A stretch of DNA of 64,000 bases. Source: Armatimonadota bacterium (lineage in GTDB: Bacteria; Armatimonadota; Fimbriimonadia; Fimbriimonadales; ATM1). Shown in pieces: positions 9,338 through 18,056 of this stretch; positions within the stretch are counted from its first letter, which is position 1; every line of letters begins with the position of its first letter. Location of the stretch: positions 5,131-69,130 of the forward strand of contig JADFGT010000001.1 of NCBI GenBank assembly GCA_022567555.1, in the 5' to 3' direction. The notes beneath the pieces were generated by a model that saw nothing but the letters and a program-made list of their open reading frames with translations, was not told the DNA's origin and made no database searches. The position numbers and the translations under genes are program-made.

Positions 9338-11164
9338 ATGGGAGAGTTCGTGATGCGTAACAAGAAAGGTTTGGTAGGTTTCGCCTGTATTGCAGCCGGC
9401 CTCGGTGTGATGAGCGCGGCTTTCGGCCAAGTGCAGGAGGAGTGGGTCGCTCGCTACAACGGCCCGGCCAACCTGCGCGATGGCGCCACGGCGCTTGCGC
9501 TTGACAGTGCTGGCAACGTGTATGTGACAGGCCACTCGACAGGCTCCGGCACGGGCAGAGACTACGTGAAATTTAAGTACGACCCAAACGGCAACCTGCT
9601 TTGGGAAAGGCGCTACAACGGCCCTGGCAACAATCGCGATCGCGCCACTGCGTTGGCTCTAGACAGCGCGGGCAACGTGTATGTGACAGGCGTCTCGACA
9701 GGCTCCGGCACGTTCGGAGACTACGCGACGTTGAAGTACGACTCAGACGGAAACCTGCTCTGGGTAAGGCGCTACAACGGCCCGGCCAACAGCGACGACT
9801 ACCCCATTGCGCTTGCTGTGGATGGCGCAGGCAACGTGCAAGTGACAGGTCGCTCGTGGGGCGGCGCCACGGGCTACGACTACGCGACGCTGAGGTACGA
9901 CACAGACGGCAACCTGCTCTGGGTAAGGCGTTACAACGGCGCTGGCAACGGTTTCGATTTCCCCACTGCGCTTGCTGCGGATGGTGCAGGCAACGTATAC
10001 GTGACAGGCATCTCGGAAGGCTCCGGCACGGGCGATGACTACGCGACGCTGAAGTACGACGCGCGCGGCAGCCTCCGCTGGGTAAGGCGCTACAACGGCC
10101 CGGGCAACAGCGACGACGTCGCCAGTGCGCTTGCTGTTGACAGCGCGGGCAATGTGTGTGTGACAGGCCGCTCGGCGGACACGCCTACGGGCGACGACTA
10201 CGCCACGTTGAAGTACGACGCGAACGGAAACCTGCTATGGGTCAGGCGCTACGACGGCCCGGGCAGCGGCAGCGATATCGCCGTTGCGGTCCTGCTCGAT
10301 GGGGCAGGCAACGTGCTTGTCACCGGCTACTCGACAGGCTCCGGCACGGGCAGAGACTACGCCACGTTGAAGTACGACGCGAACGGCAACCTCCTCTGGG
10401 AAGGGCGCTACGACGGTCCTGCCAGTCATAATGATTACGCCCGGGCGCTTGCAGTGGACAGCGCGGGCAACGTTTACGTAACCGGGCGGTCCGTGGTCTC
10501 CGGCACTGACAACGACTACGCGACATTGAAGTATGACTCGGACGGCAACCCGATCTGGGCAATTCACTACGACGGCCCAGGCAACGATACCGATGCTGCC
10601 ACGAGCCTTGCTGTGGATAGCGCGGGCAACGTGTATGTGACAGGCGAATCGGAAGGTTCCGGCACAGACTACGACTACGCGACGATAAAATACGTGCAGG
10701 CCACATCCGTCATGCCGGACAGCTTCACGATCATCCGCGGTCTGCTACTCTCCGGCGGGTTGCCGGACCTGTTCGACAGCGACGACTCGCGCCTGGTTGT
10801 GCGCACGGCGGTGTTCGCCCCGAGCATTGAACCGCCCGTGCAGATAGAGGTCGTGGGCACGTCGCCGACAGAGACCCCGACTGCGCTGAGGTTCCGGTTC
10901 GAAGGGATGGCGAGCAGGAATCTCATCGAGCGGCGAATCTCGCTGTACAACTACGTAACACAAAGCTACGAGGAGTTGCACGTCGCATTCGCGGCGACTT
11001 CGGACGAGGTGGTAGAGATCGTCGTTACCTCTAACGCTTCCCGGTTCGTCGAGCCGGGCACAAGACAAGTGAAGTCGCTGATGACATGGAAGGCCGCGGC
11101 ATTAAGCTTCTTCACAGGCTGGAACGTCGGAACTGACCAGACGATCTGGACGATTACGCCCTAA
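9338..11164 (+). CDS. Secreted beta-propeller repeat (SBBP-type) protein
   Basis: ATG at 9338 is preceded by GGAAGGAG. Signal/anchor KKGLVGFACIAAGLGVMSAAFGQ. Eight tandem units of about 52 aa follow the pattern RYNGPGNxxDxAxALAVDSAGNVYVTGxSxGSGTGxDYATLKYDxxGNLLW, followed by a non-repeat C-terminal domain. Confidence 0.85.
   Translation: MGEFVMRNKKGLVGFACIAAGLGVMSAAFGQVQEEWVARYNGPANLRDGATALALDSAGNVYVTGHSTGSGTGRDYVKFKYDPNGNLLWERRYNGPGNNRDRATALALDSAGNVYVTGVSTGSGTFGDYATLKYDSDGNLLWVRRYNGPANSDDYPIALAVDGAGNVQVTGRSWGGATGYDYATLRYDTDGNLLWVRRYNGAGNGFDFPTALAADGAGNVYVTGISEGSGTGDDYATLKYDARGSLRWVRRYNGPGNSDDVASALAVDSAGNVCVTGRSADTPTGDDYATLKYDANGNLLWVRRYDGPGSGSDIAVAVLLDGAGNVLVTGYSTGSGTGRDYATLKYDANGNLLWEGRYDGPASHNDYARALAVDSAGNVYVTGRSVVSGTDNDYATLKYDSDGNPIWAIHYDGPGNDTDAATSLAVDSAGNVYVTGESEGSGTDYDYATIKYVQATSVMPDSFTIIRGLLLSGGLPDLFDSDDSRLVVRTAVFAPSIEPPVQIEVVGTSPTETPTALRFRFEGMASRNLIERRISLYNYVTQSYEELHVAFAATSDEVVEIVVTSNASRFVEPGTRQVKSLMTWKAAALSFFTGWNVGTDQTIWTITP
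9452..10695 (+). repeat. Intragenic tandem repeat, 8 units of about 156 bp (SBBP blades)
   Basis: The RYNGP...LLW units recur at both the DNA and protein level. Several long alternative-frame ORFs (for example 9601-10038 and 10156-10431) are shadows of this periodicity. Confidence 0.85.
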
Positions 11165-11283
11165 TGGATCAGCCGTGCGGTGCGCCGACGGGTAACCCCG
11201 CTCAGACCACATTTGTAGGCATGAAAGGGGACCCGAAGCCGTGCGCCACGGTCGCAGAAGCGCGCGTCATGGAAGCGCTGAAC

Positions 11284-11615
11284 GGCTTCATTCATTGAGT
11301 GACCGGCCTCCAGGAGCCGCCAACTGGGTCCATTCATTGGCTGAATAGGCTCCCGGAACCGCCAAATGGGTCCATTCATTGGCTTAATGGGCTCCGGGAG
11401 CCGCCTAATAGGCCCATTCATTGAGTGAATGGGCTCCCGGAACCGCCTAATGGGTCCATTCATTGGGTAAATGGGCTCCGGGAGCCGTCTAATGGGTCCA
11501 TTCATTGAGTGAATGGGGTCCAGGAGCCGCCTAATGGGCATATTCACCGACTGAATAGGCTCCCGGAGCCGCCTAATAGGTCCATTCATTGACTGAATGG
11601 GCTTAGGGAATCCTT
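11284..11615. repeat. Tandem array of a 42-bp unit, about 8 copies, intergenic
   Basis: Consensus unit is GGGTCCATTCATTGAGTGAATGGGCTCCCGGAGCCGCCTAAT. Unit starts fall at 11284, 11326, 11368, 11410, 11452, 11494, 11536 and 11578. Each unit has an internal inverted repeat CCATTCA-TTGAG-TGAATGG. There are no unique spacers. Confidence 0.9.
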
Positions 11616-11765
11616 CCAGGAACCCCGTTTCGGGTCTGGGGAGGGGTTCGGGGGCCTCCGGGGGGCAAAAACGGGGCTTCCGGGAGGAGGGGGCCGGGAT
11701 GCCGTCGAAGCACCCGTACAAATGCCGGGCCTTAGCCCTGCGCTCGGGCTCGGGAGGAGAGACAG

Positions 11766-12431
11766 ATGGCAGGAGGATACATTCCGCAAGCCGATTCCGA
11801 GTTCGACACTTTTCAGATCAACTTCGCCGACTACGTGAACGCGAACATGGCGGGCCTGGGTCTGGGCTTGGGCGAGTTGGACGCCCTGAACGCCGCGCGG
11901 ACCGCGTGGGAGGCGTCCTATCCCGCGCACGTCACCGCGCAGGCGGCCGCGCAAGCCGCGCGCCAAACCAAGCAGACCGACCGCGAAACGTATGAGACAG
12001 AGATTCGCAATCTTGTGAATATCCTGCAAGCCAGCCCCGACGTTGACGATACCGAGCGGCAGGCGATGGGAATCACCGTGCGCGACACGACGCGGACGCC
12101 GGTTGCTGCGCCCACATCGCGGCCCGTTTTGCAGTCTGACACTTCGCAAAGGCTGCGTGTCGGCGTTTCATTTGTGGATGAGCTGACGCCCACGAGCCGC
12201 GCGAAACCGGACGGCGTGATGGGATGCGAAATATATATGAAAATCGGCGACCCCGCCCCGACCGACCTCGACGACATGGTTTTCGTGACGCTGGACACGC
12301 GCACTCCGCATACGATTGATTTCGACGGCGCGGACGCGAATAAACCCGTGCACTTCATCGGCCGCTGGGTCTCGACGCGCTCCGAACCGGGCCCGATCAG
12401 CGAGACCGTGAGCGCGACTGTGGTGGGGTAG
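11766..12431 (+). CDS. Hypothetical protein with an FN3-like C-terminal domain
   Basis: ATG is preceded by GGGAGGAGAG. The 221-aa protein has a helical Ala-rich N-terminal half. The C-terminus, RWVSTRSEPGPISETVSATVVG, resembles the last strand of an FN3 domain. The 3' end is repeated as remnants at 25283, 26315 and 27348. Confidence 0.7.
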   Translation: MAGGYIPQADSEFDTFQINFADYVNANMAGLGLGLGELDALNAARTAWEASYPAHVTAQAAAQAARQTKQTDRETYETEIRNLVNILQASPDVDDTERQAMGITVRDTTRTPVAAPTSRPVLQSDTSQRLRVGVSFVDELTPTSRAKPDGVMGCEIYMKIGDPAPTDLDDMVFVTLDTRTPHTIDFDGADANKPVHFIGRWVSTRSEPGPISETVSATVVG

Positions 12432-12434
12432 AGC

Positions 12435-13172
12435 GTGGCCAAAACGCCCGCGTGGTGGGAGAAGGTTCGTTCTTGGCTCGATGTGAAGTCCATGCAGCCT
12501 CGACGGTCCCTCATGTGGTGTGCCCTCGCATTTCTTTCCGGGCTCGCAATCGGGTTAGGAATGTGGTCGAGTGGTTGGCGTCTTGAGACACTGGGATACG
12601 CACAATTGGCGGGGCTGCTGAATGTCGTAGCTTGGCCCGCCGTGGTTCTCCTATCTCTGCTTCTGTTCCAGAAGGAAATCCGACTAAAGCTGCGGGAGAT
12701 GTCCCGATATAAATCTGCCTTTGGCGAGGCAGAGTTCGACAGGGAGATGACCGACGTAGGGAAGGTCGAGGAGGTACCCCTGCCCACAGAGGCGGAGATC
12801 GTACCGGGACCCGTTGTGCTCGACCCCGGTGAACACGCTGTCTACGACATGGCTGATAAAGCACCCAGAATGGCCGTATTGTACGCTTGGAGGATCGTCA
12901 GGGCCGAGTTAGATGCGTACGCGATGCCTCTGAACGCAGCGCACCACCTGCACTGGACAGACCGCATCGCGACAATCCTGGTTCATGAACGCGGCCTGTC
13001 CGGTGCTGATGCTGCGCTGATAGAACGGATGCGGTTAATTTGCGATGGAGTTGACTCAGCATTGGGGTGGCAGCCGTCCTCCGAGCAGGCAACCCGGTAC
13101 GCTCGAACCGCAGTCGCGCTCGCAAGTAGGATTCGGAATGCCCTCGGGACCAAAAGCAGCGACGATGGCTGA
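12435..13172 (+). CDS. Hypothetical membrane protein with a cytoplasmic helical C-terminal domain
   Basis: GTG lies 4 nt after the upstream stop, so the two genes look operonic. There are two hydrophobic segments (LMWCALAFLSGLAIGLGMW and LLNVVAWPAVVLLSLLLF). No family was recognised. Confidence 0.6.
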   Translation: MAKTPAWWEKVRSWLDVKSMQPRRSLMWCALAFLSGLAIGLGMWSSGWRLETLGYAQLAGLLNVVAWPAVVLLSLLLFQKEIRLKLREMSRYKSAFGEAEFDREMTDVGKVEEVPLPTEAEIVPGPVVLDPGEHAVYDMADKAPRMAVLYAWRIVRAELDAYAMPLNAAHHLHWTDRIATILVHERGLSGADAALIERMRLICDGVDSALGWQPSSEQATRYARTAVALASRIRNALGTKSSDDG

Positions 13173-13198
13173 GATAAACTACCTTACACCTCTCAGCC

Positions 13199-13214
13199 TT
13201 CTCAACGTTGAGGG
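13199..13214. repeat. Palindrome CTCAACGTTGAG(GG), related to the CCCTCAAC/GTTGAGGG hairpin family
   Basis: A perfect 12-bp palindrome at 13201-13212 lies between convergent genes. It shares the GTTGAGGG half-site with the hairpins at 23941-24024. Confidence 0.4.
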
Positions 13215-13226
13215 TGCGACCCAGCG

Positions 13227-13670
13227 CTACGGCATACGGAGGGTCAGTGCGCGCTTGTAGCTTTTAGGTCCGCTTCCGGCTTGCCATTCCGTGGTCAGCG
13301 TGAGCGTAATCTCTGTTCCCGGCTTCGCCGACGGGGCAGGGAAGTGAAGCGTAACGCTCTTCGGCCGGATCATTGCCAGTTCGCCGAGTGAAATCGGCAG
13401 CGAGTCCGTCGGTGCGACTCCCCCCAGGTCCGCCTCGGAAATGCGGACGTCCCCCACCTCGAAGACCGACGTTCGGAGTGTCACCTCCGCAGTGACGTCC
13501 GTCCCCGCGCGGCTGAGCACGGCGGAAACCGTGACGTTGCTCGGGCCGGGCGAGAGCAGTTGCGGTGCGAAGCGGAGCACCGCCGCCAACCCGATCAGAA
13601 GAATGAGGGCAAACGCCACCAAGACGGTCGTCTTCAGGGACCCGCGTTGGCGCAGCGTGGGACTCTCCAT
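13227..13670 (-). CDS. Hypothetical membrane-anchored protein
   Basis: The internal ATG at 13670 gives MESPTLRQRGSLKTTVLVAFALILLIGLAAVL (a signal anchor) followed by a beta-rich domain. The longer ORF-track start at 13976 would overlap the K+ channel gene. Confidence 0.5.
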   Translation of the reverse strand: MESPTLRQRGSLKTTVLVAFALILLIGLAAVLRFAPQLLSPGPSNVTVSAVLSRAGTDVTAEVTLRTSVFEVGDVRISEADLGGVAPTDSLPISLGELAMIRPKSVTLHFPAPSAKPGTEITLTLTTEWQAGSGPKSYKRALTLRMP

Positions 13671-13773
13671 ACAGTATCTCTTACGTCTTTCGAGCCCGTT
13701 CCGCATCGTGAATGGGCCTTGACATGAGAAGGATAAAGGTGCCGGCATTGACACCACACCCCGCCTGTGGGCC

Positions 13774-14832
13774 ATGCTGGAGAGGCATTTTATGATCCGT
13801 GACAGTGCAACTCCGACCCAGAAACTGTACACCCCGGGCGGCCCCGCCTGGCGCAATATCCTCATTCGCCTCGGCATCGTCCTTCTGCTGATGGGCTTCG
13901 TTTGCCTGGTCTTGTGGACTAAGAGGGACGGGATGGCCGATGAGCGCGGCAGTCCCGTCGGGATGCTCGACATCATCTACTTCACCGTCGTCACCGTGAC
14001 GACGGTCGGGTACGGAGACATCGTGCCCGTCTCCCCCGATGCGAGGGCATTCGTGACCTTCGGCGTCGCCCCGATCCGCGTCGTAATCTGGCTAATCTTC
14101 CTCAGCGCGGCGTACCAGTTATTCGTCCGGCAGCAAACAGAAGCCTTCCGATTGGGCATACTTAGGCGAAAGTTGAAAGACCACACAATCATTTGCGGGT
14201 TCGGCGTCAAGGGGCGATCGGCCGCGCAGCAGCTGCTGGACCGGGGTGTTCCGCAAGATCAGATTATTGCGATTGACCCCAAGGAAAGCGCCGTTGCGGC
14301 AGGCGTGGAACAAGGGTTTCGGGTGTTGCGCGGAGACGCGGCCAGCCAGGACCTTCTGCTCGACGCCGGAGTGAAGTCCGCCGCTGACGTGATTGTAACG
14401 CCCGATGAGGACGGCAAGTGTGTGCTGATCTGCCTCACCATAAAGGACCTGAACTCCAACGTGCGCGTGGTCGCTTCCGCACGCGAAGAGGAAAACGTGC
14501 GGCTGATATATCGCAGCGGCGCCGATGCAGTCATCGCCCCGTCCGTGGACGGCGGCCGCCTGCTCGCAGCGGCGACTGAGGCACCGGTTTCGACGACCTT
14601 CATTGAAGAGTTCATCCACCACGGCCGGGGCATGGACGTAATCGAGCGCGTTGTTGAACCGGGCGAGGAAGGCATCACCGTCGCCGACCTGAAGGATCTG
14701 AAGGGCGCCATTATTCTCGGGTTGAAAACAGGCACTGAGCGCCTTGACTTTAGTCAACTGTCGGGGCGCCGCCTTCGTTCCGGAGACGTTGTCGTCGCGC
14801 TCAAGCTCGAAGAAAATAAGGAAACGTCCTGA
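13774..14832 (+). CDS. Two-TM potassium channel with an RCK/TrkA domain
   Basis: K+ selectivity filter TVTTVGYGDIVP. Rossmann-type RCK-N motif IICGFGVKGRSAAQQLL. The C-terminal TrkA-C-like region reads ERVVEPGEEGITVADL. Confidence 0.85.
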   Translation: MLERHFMIRDSATPTQKLYTPGGPAWRNILIRLGIVLLLMGFVCLVLWTKRDGMADERGSPVGMLDIIYFTVVTVTTVGYGDIVPVSPDARAFVTFGVAPIRVVIWLIFLSAAYQLFVRQQTEAFRLGILRRKLKDHTIICGFGVKGRSAAQQLLDRGVPQDQIIAIDPKESAVAAGVEQGFRVLRGDAASQDLLLDAGVKSAADVIVTPDEDGKCVLICLTIKDLNSNVRVVASAREEENVRLIYRSGADAVIAPSVDGGRLLAAATEAPVSTTFIEEFIHHGRGMDVIERVVEPGEEGITVADLKDLKGAIILGLKTGTERLDFSQLSGRRLRSGDVVVALKLEENKETS

Positions 14833-14860
14833 AGCCCTACGGACACCGCCGAAGCCTGCG

Positions 14861-14890
14861 CCGCCCCTTCGGGCGGGACTATTTGTTTTA
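14861..14890. terminator. Intrinsic terminator between convergent genes
   Basis: Stem CCGCCC (14861-14866), loop CTTC, stem GGGCGG (14871-14876), followed by GACTATTTGTTTT. Confidence 0.55.
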
Positions 14891-14957
14891 GCTGTCTCAA
14901 CACGCGACGTGTTTAGGAGGTTAGCGGGGCAGACAAATGCCGACGCTAACGCCCGCT

Positions 14958-15785
14958 TTAGGCCTGCCTGCTCTTGGCGATAAGTTCTTTCAGGATCTTC
15001 GCCGCGACGATGGCCGTGATTCCGCTCGGGTCGCGAGCTGGATTGAGTTCCACTATGTCGGCGCCCACGAGTTGCCCCTGAAGGGTTTGGATCAGGCTCA
15101 GGACCTGGCGGGTTGACAGCCCCCCCGGTTCCGGATGTGACACGCCCGGCGCGAACGCAGGGTCAAGCCCATCTAGATCGCACGATATATATACCGGCGA
15201 ATCGAAGCTAAGGCCCAGCGTATCGGAGTGGTCCTTCATTTCGATAACCTCCACCCCGAACTTCGCGGCCTGTTCCGACTGGTGGCCCGTCATTGCCCGA
15301 ATCCCCACCTGCACCAGGCGGTCAACGAGTCCCTCCTCCATGATCCGCGCGAAAGGGCACGCGTGAGACATGCGGTTTCCATCGAACTCATCATAAAGGT
15401 CAGGATGAGCGTCTATTTGCAGCAGACTTAGCCGCTCGTATCGCTCGCGGAACGCCTTGATTATTGGATATGTGATCGAGTGATCGCCGCCGAGACAGAC
15501 CGGCACGAGGCCTTTGTCGAGAGCATCGCCGACCGCTTCCTCGATTGCGCCGAACGGGTCCTCCGCTGACTCCAGGTCCAGATCGCCTGCGTCACAAAAA
15601 ACGCCATCCTGAAGCAAGCTGATTCCCGTTTCGGTCCACACGTTTGACACCGGCCCAAGCAGCGCCTCGCGTATGCGCGGCGGCGCCATGGCGGTACCGC
15701 GCATGTAAGAGGAGTTGCGGTCGAACGGCACTCCGATGATCGTCGTCGCGCCGCGGCTCGCATCCGTCGGTAAATCGTTCGACAT
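14958..15785 (-). CDS. Arginase-family ureohydrolase (agmatinase-like)
   Basis: Mn-binding motifs GGDHSITYP, IDAHPDLYD and SCDLDGLDPAFAPGV. The likely start is MSNDL at 15785; the ORF track start is 15821. Confidence 0.85.
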   Translation of the reverse strand: MSNDLPTDASRGATTIIGVPFDRNSSYMRGTAMAPPRIREALLGPVSNVWTETGISLLQDGVFCDAGDLDLESAEDPFGAIEEAVGDALDKGLVPVCLGGDHSITYPIIKAFRERYERLSLLQIDAHPDLYDEFDGNRMSHACPFARIMEEGLVDRLVQVGIRAMTGHQSEQAAKFGVEVIEMKDHSDTLGLSFDSPVYISCDLDGLDPAFAPGVSHPEPGGLSTRQVLSLIQTLQGQLVGADIVELNPARDPSGITAIVAAKILKELIAKSRQA

Positions 15786-15844
15786 CGGTCTTGTCCCGGA
15801 GCATGGCAGATCACCGGCCAATCAGGTAGCCTCGAAAGAGCCCC

Positions 15845-16948
15845 ATGTCAATTCGTGCCGCCGTGATGACCGAGCCGGAAGCGCCGATTGCGCTCTGGGA
15901 ACTGGACGACCCCGTACTCGAAGAGGGAAGCGTCCTTTTGGAAACAATCGCCAGCGAGGTCTGCGGCACCGACGTGCATCTGCATCGCGGACGCCTCGCG
16001 GGCGTGCCGTACCCGATAGTGCCGGGGCACGTTAGCGTCGGAACGGTTTTGGAGGCGCGCGGAGTCGAGACCGACGCGCTCGGCGCAAGCCTAATGCCCG
16101 GCGACGAAGTGACGTTTTACGATGTGCACGAAACGTGCAACGCCTGCTATTTCTGCACCGTCGCGCAGCAGCCCAACCTCTGCCCAAGCCGGCGTGTTTA
16201 CGGCATCACTTATTCGGCACACGAAGGTCCGTTGGGCGGGTGGGCCGAACGCATTTATCTCAAGCCGGGCGTGCGCGTGTTGAAACTGCCGGAAGGTCTG
16301 AGCGCGGACGACGTGATAGGCGGCGGCTGCGGCCTGTTCACCGGCTTCGCGGCCGTGGAGCGCAGCGACGTCCGCATGGGCGATGCGGTCGTTGTGCAGG
16401 GGTCGGGTCCGGTCGGCCTCGGCGCGGCCGCGTGCGCGGCGCTGCGCGGGGCCGGAAGCGTGGCGGTCATCGGCGCGCCGAAGGCGCGGCTCGACTTGGC
16501 CCGGAAACTCGGCGCGGACGTTGTGTTCTCATTGGAGGATGACTCGATGGATGAGCGTGCGGCCGCGATCGCCGATATGACCGGCGGGCGGGGCGCCGAC
16601 GTTGTCATCGAGGCCAGCGGGAATCCGGAGGCAATACCGGAGGGACTCAACCTACTTCGCGACGGCGGCACATACGTGGTCGCCGGACATTACACGGATG
16701 CCGGCCCGGTTGCGATCAACCCCCACACTCACATAAACCGCAAGCACGCGGACATCCGCGGCCAGTGGGGCACAGACTTTCGCCACGTTGTGTGCGCGTT
16801 GCGTCTTCTCGCGAAGCATCGTGAGCGGTTCCGGTTCCGGGACGTGATCGGCGCGCGTTACGGGCTCGAAGGCGCGGAGCAGGCTTTGAAGGACGTCGCG
16901 GCTCTGCGCGTCACGAAGGCCGTCATTGACCCGCGCTTCGGCGCGTGA
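15845..16948 (+). CDS. Zinc-dependent alcohol dehydrogenase family (MDR) oxidoreductase
   Basis: Catalytic Zn motif EVCGTDVHL and GHVSVG. Structural Zn cluster CNACYFCTVAQQPNLC. Rossmann motif VVVQGSGPVGLGAA. Confidence 0.85.
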   Translation: MSIRAAVMTEPEAPIALWELDDPVLEEGSVLLETIASEVCGTDVHLHRGRLAGVPYPIVPGHVSVGTVLEARGVETDALGASLMPGDEVTFYDVHETCNACYFCTVAQQPNLCPSRRVYGITYSAHEGPLGGWAERIYLKPGVRVLKLPEGLSADDVIGGGCGLFTGFAAVERSDVRMGDAVVVQGSGPVGLGAAACAALRGAGSVAVIGAPKARLDLARKLGADVVFSLEDDSMDERAAAIADMTGGRGADVVIEASGNPEAIPEGLNLLRDGGTYVVAGHYTDAGPVAINPHTHINRKHADIRGQWGTDFRHVVCALRLLAKHRERFRFRDVIGARYGLEGAEQALKDVAALRVTKAVIDPRFGA

Positions 16949-17003
16949 ATCCTATCCCCGAGTCCTCGTAGGGTTGGGCATGGGAGCGCCCTTTCAGGTT
17001 GAA

Positions 17004-17028
17004 CCACCAATCCTACGGGGATTGGTGG
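17004..17028. terminator. Perfect stem-loop downstream of the ADH gene
   Basis: CCACCAATCC-TACGG-GGATTGGTGG forms a 10-bp stem. It lacks a T-tract, so it could instead be a REP-like or stabiliser hairpin. Confidence 0.35.
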
Positions 17029-17094
17029 ATAGAAAGAGGAGGTTCGCCGGGTCAAGGCGAACTAAGACCGATGTACGCCCGGGGGAATGTGGTT

Positions 17095-17400
17095 ATGAGC
17101 GACCTCTGTTCCAAAATCGTCGAGCGGTTCGGTGACGCATGGGGTTATCTCGGGTGGATCGTCTTCGCGGGCAGAATCTTCGGCCCATTGCTGTTCTTGG
17201 ACAACGTTCTGATCCGATTTGGGCTCGTCTTCGGCGTTGGCTTGGCGTTGCTTGTGTGGTGGGCGGTGGATGCGGCTGACCAGCAATTGTATTTGTGGGT
17301 CGCGGTGGCTCCACTGTTCATCATCATGAGCGTGTTGCCATACGGGTTCCTTCTGGTCGTCATTGGGTGGGTCCTTTACTGGACCCGCTCGCGAGAGTAA
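17095..17400 (+). CDS. Small hypothetical membrane protein
   Basis: ATG at 17095 is preceded by GGGGGA. The 101-aa protein has three hydrophobic segments. The start is uncertain (alternatives at 17071 and 16999). Confidence 0.45.
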   Translation: MSDLCSKIVERFGDAWGYLGWIVFAGRIFGPLLFLDNVLIRFGLVFGVGLALLVWWAVDAADQQLYLWVAVAPLFIIMSVLPYGFLLVVIGWVLYWTRSRE

Positions 17401-17525
17401 CCGGAGTGACCTTGCCCGCTGACAGGAGTGTGGTTCGCGCTTTCTCAGCGAGCCAACAGGTCTGTGAGGGCGTGCAAATGGATCTGGCGATGGCCGGCGG
17501 GTAGTACGGTCGCGCCGCTATGTTA

Positions 17526-17942
17526 TTATCGCCGGCTGTTCCAGTGCTCGTCCAATAGCCTCTGTATCTGCACGATATGATACGGCTCGTGATAAAGAAG
17601 CCGGCGCAGGACCTTGCGCACGCTTCACTTCTGGCCGTCGACATCCACGACGCGCTTGCCGTCGGCGACGCCGCGCTCCCGCAACATGCCGACGACGAAC
17701 TCCCGCACGGTCTTAATGCGCTCGAGCGGCGTCTTCGCGCGGGCGAACTTCGGCGCCGGCCACAGTTTCTGTACGTACCATCTTTCGGCAGACGCGATGT
17801 GCTGCGCCTGTTCCTTTATTGTGGGGAAGTATGTGCTGACTAACTCGCTTCGTTTTTTCGGCCGCCAGGCCCAGGCGTCTTGCGGCAATGCGCGCAAAAT
17901 GTCAAGCAGATCCGACCGCGATAACCGAAGGCGCCGAAGCAA
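17526..17942 (-). pseudogene. DinB-family protein interrupted by an in-frame TGA
   Basis: ORF 17625-17942 ends ...VDVDGQK-TGA (tca at 17625-17627). The same frame continues SVRKVLRRLLYHEPYHIVQIQRLLDEHWNSRR-TAA (stop at 17526-17528). This tail carries the C-terminal DinB His motif (HExxHxxQI). Confidence 0.6.
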
Positions 17943-18056
17943 TACGTTCAGCTCGCGCTGTCAAACGGGCTTCCGGTCGCTCTCAAATAAAGCGTACGTC
18001 ATCCCGCCCTTTGCCGATCGCCGGAATCGCACCGTTTCCGATACCGACACGCTCAT

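Noticed and set aside
11284-11615. Possible CRISPR array (regular 42-bp periodicity with a palindromic core)
   Set aside because: The units are directly adjacent with no unique spacers between them. No cas genes are nearby. It is a simple tandem repeat.
11161-11721. 186-aa minus-strand ORF encoding (MNGPIRRLxEPIxS)n as a real repeat protein
   Set aside because: It has only a TTG start and no RBS. Its end overlaps the SBBP gene stop. It has no signal or known fold, and its open frame is fully explained by the 42-bp (14-codon) periodicity. It is kept as an open possibility in the findings but not called as a CDS.
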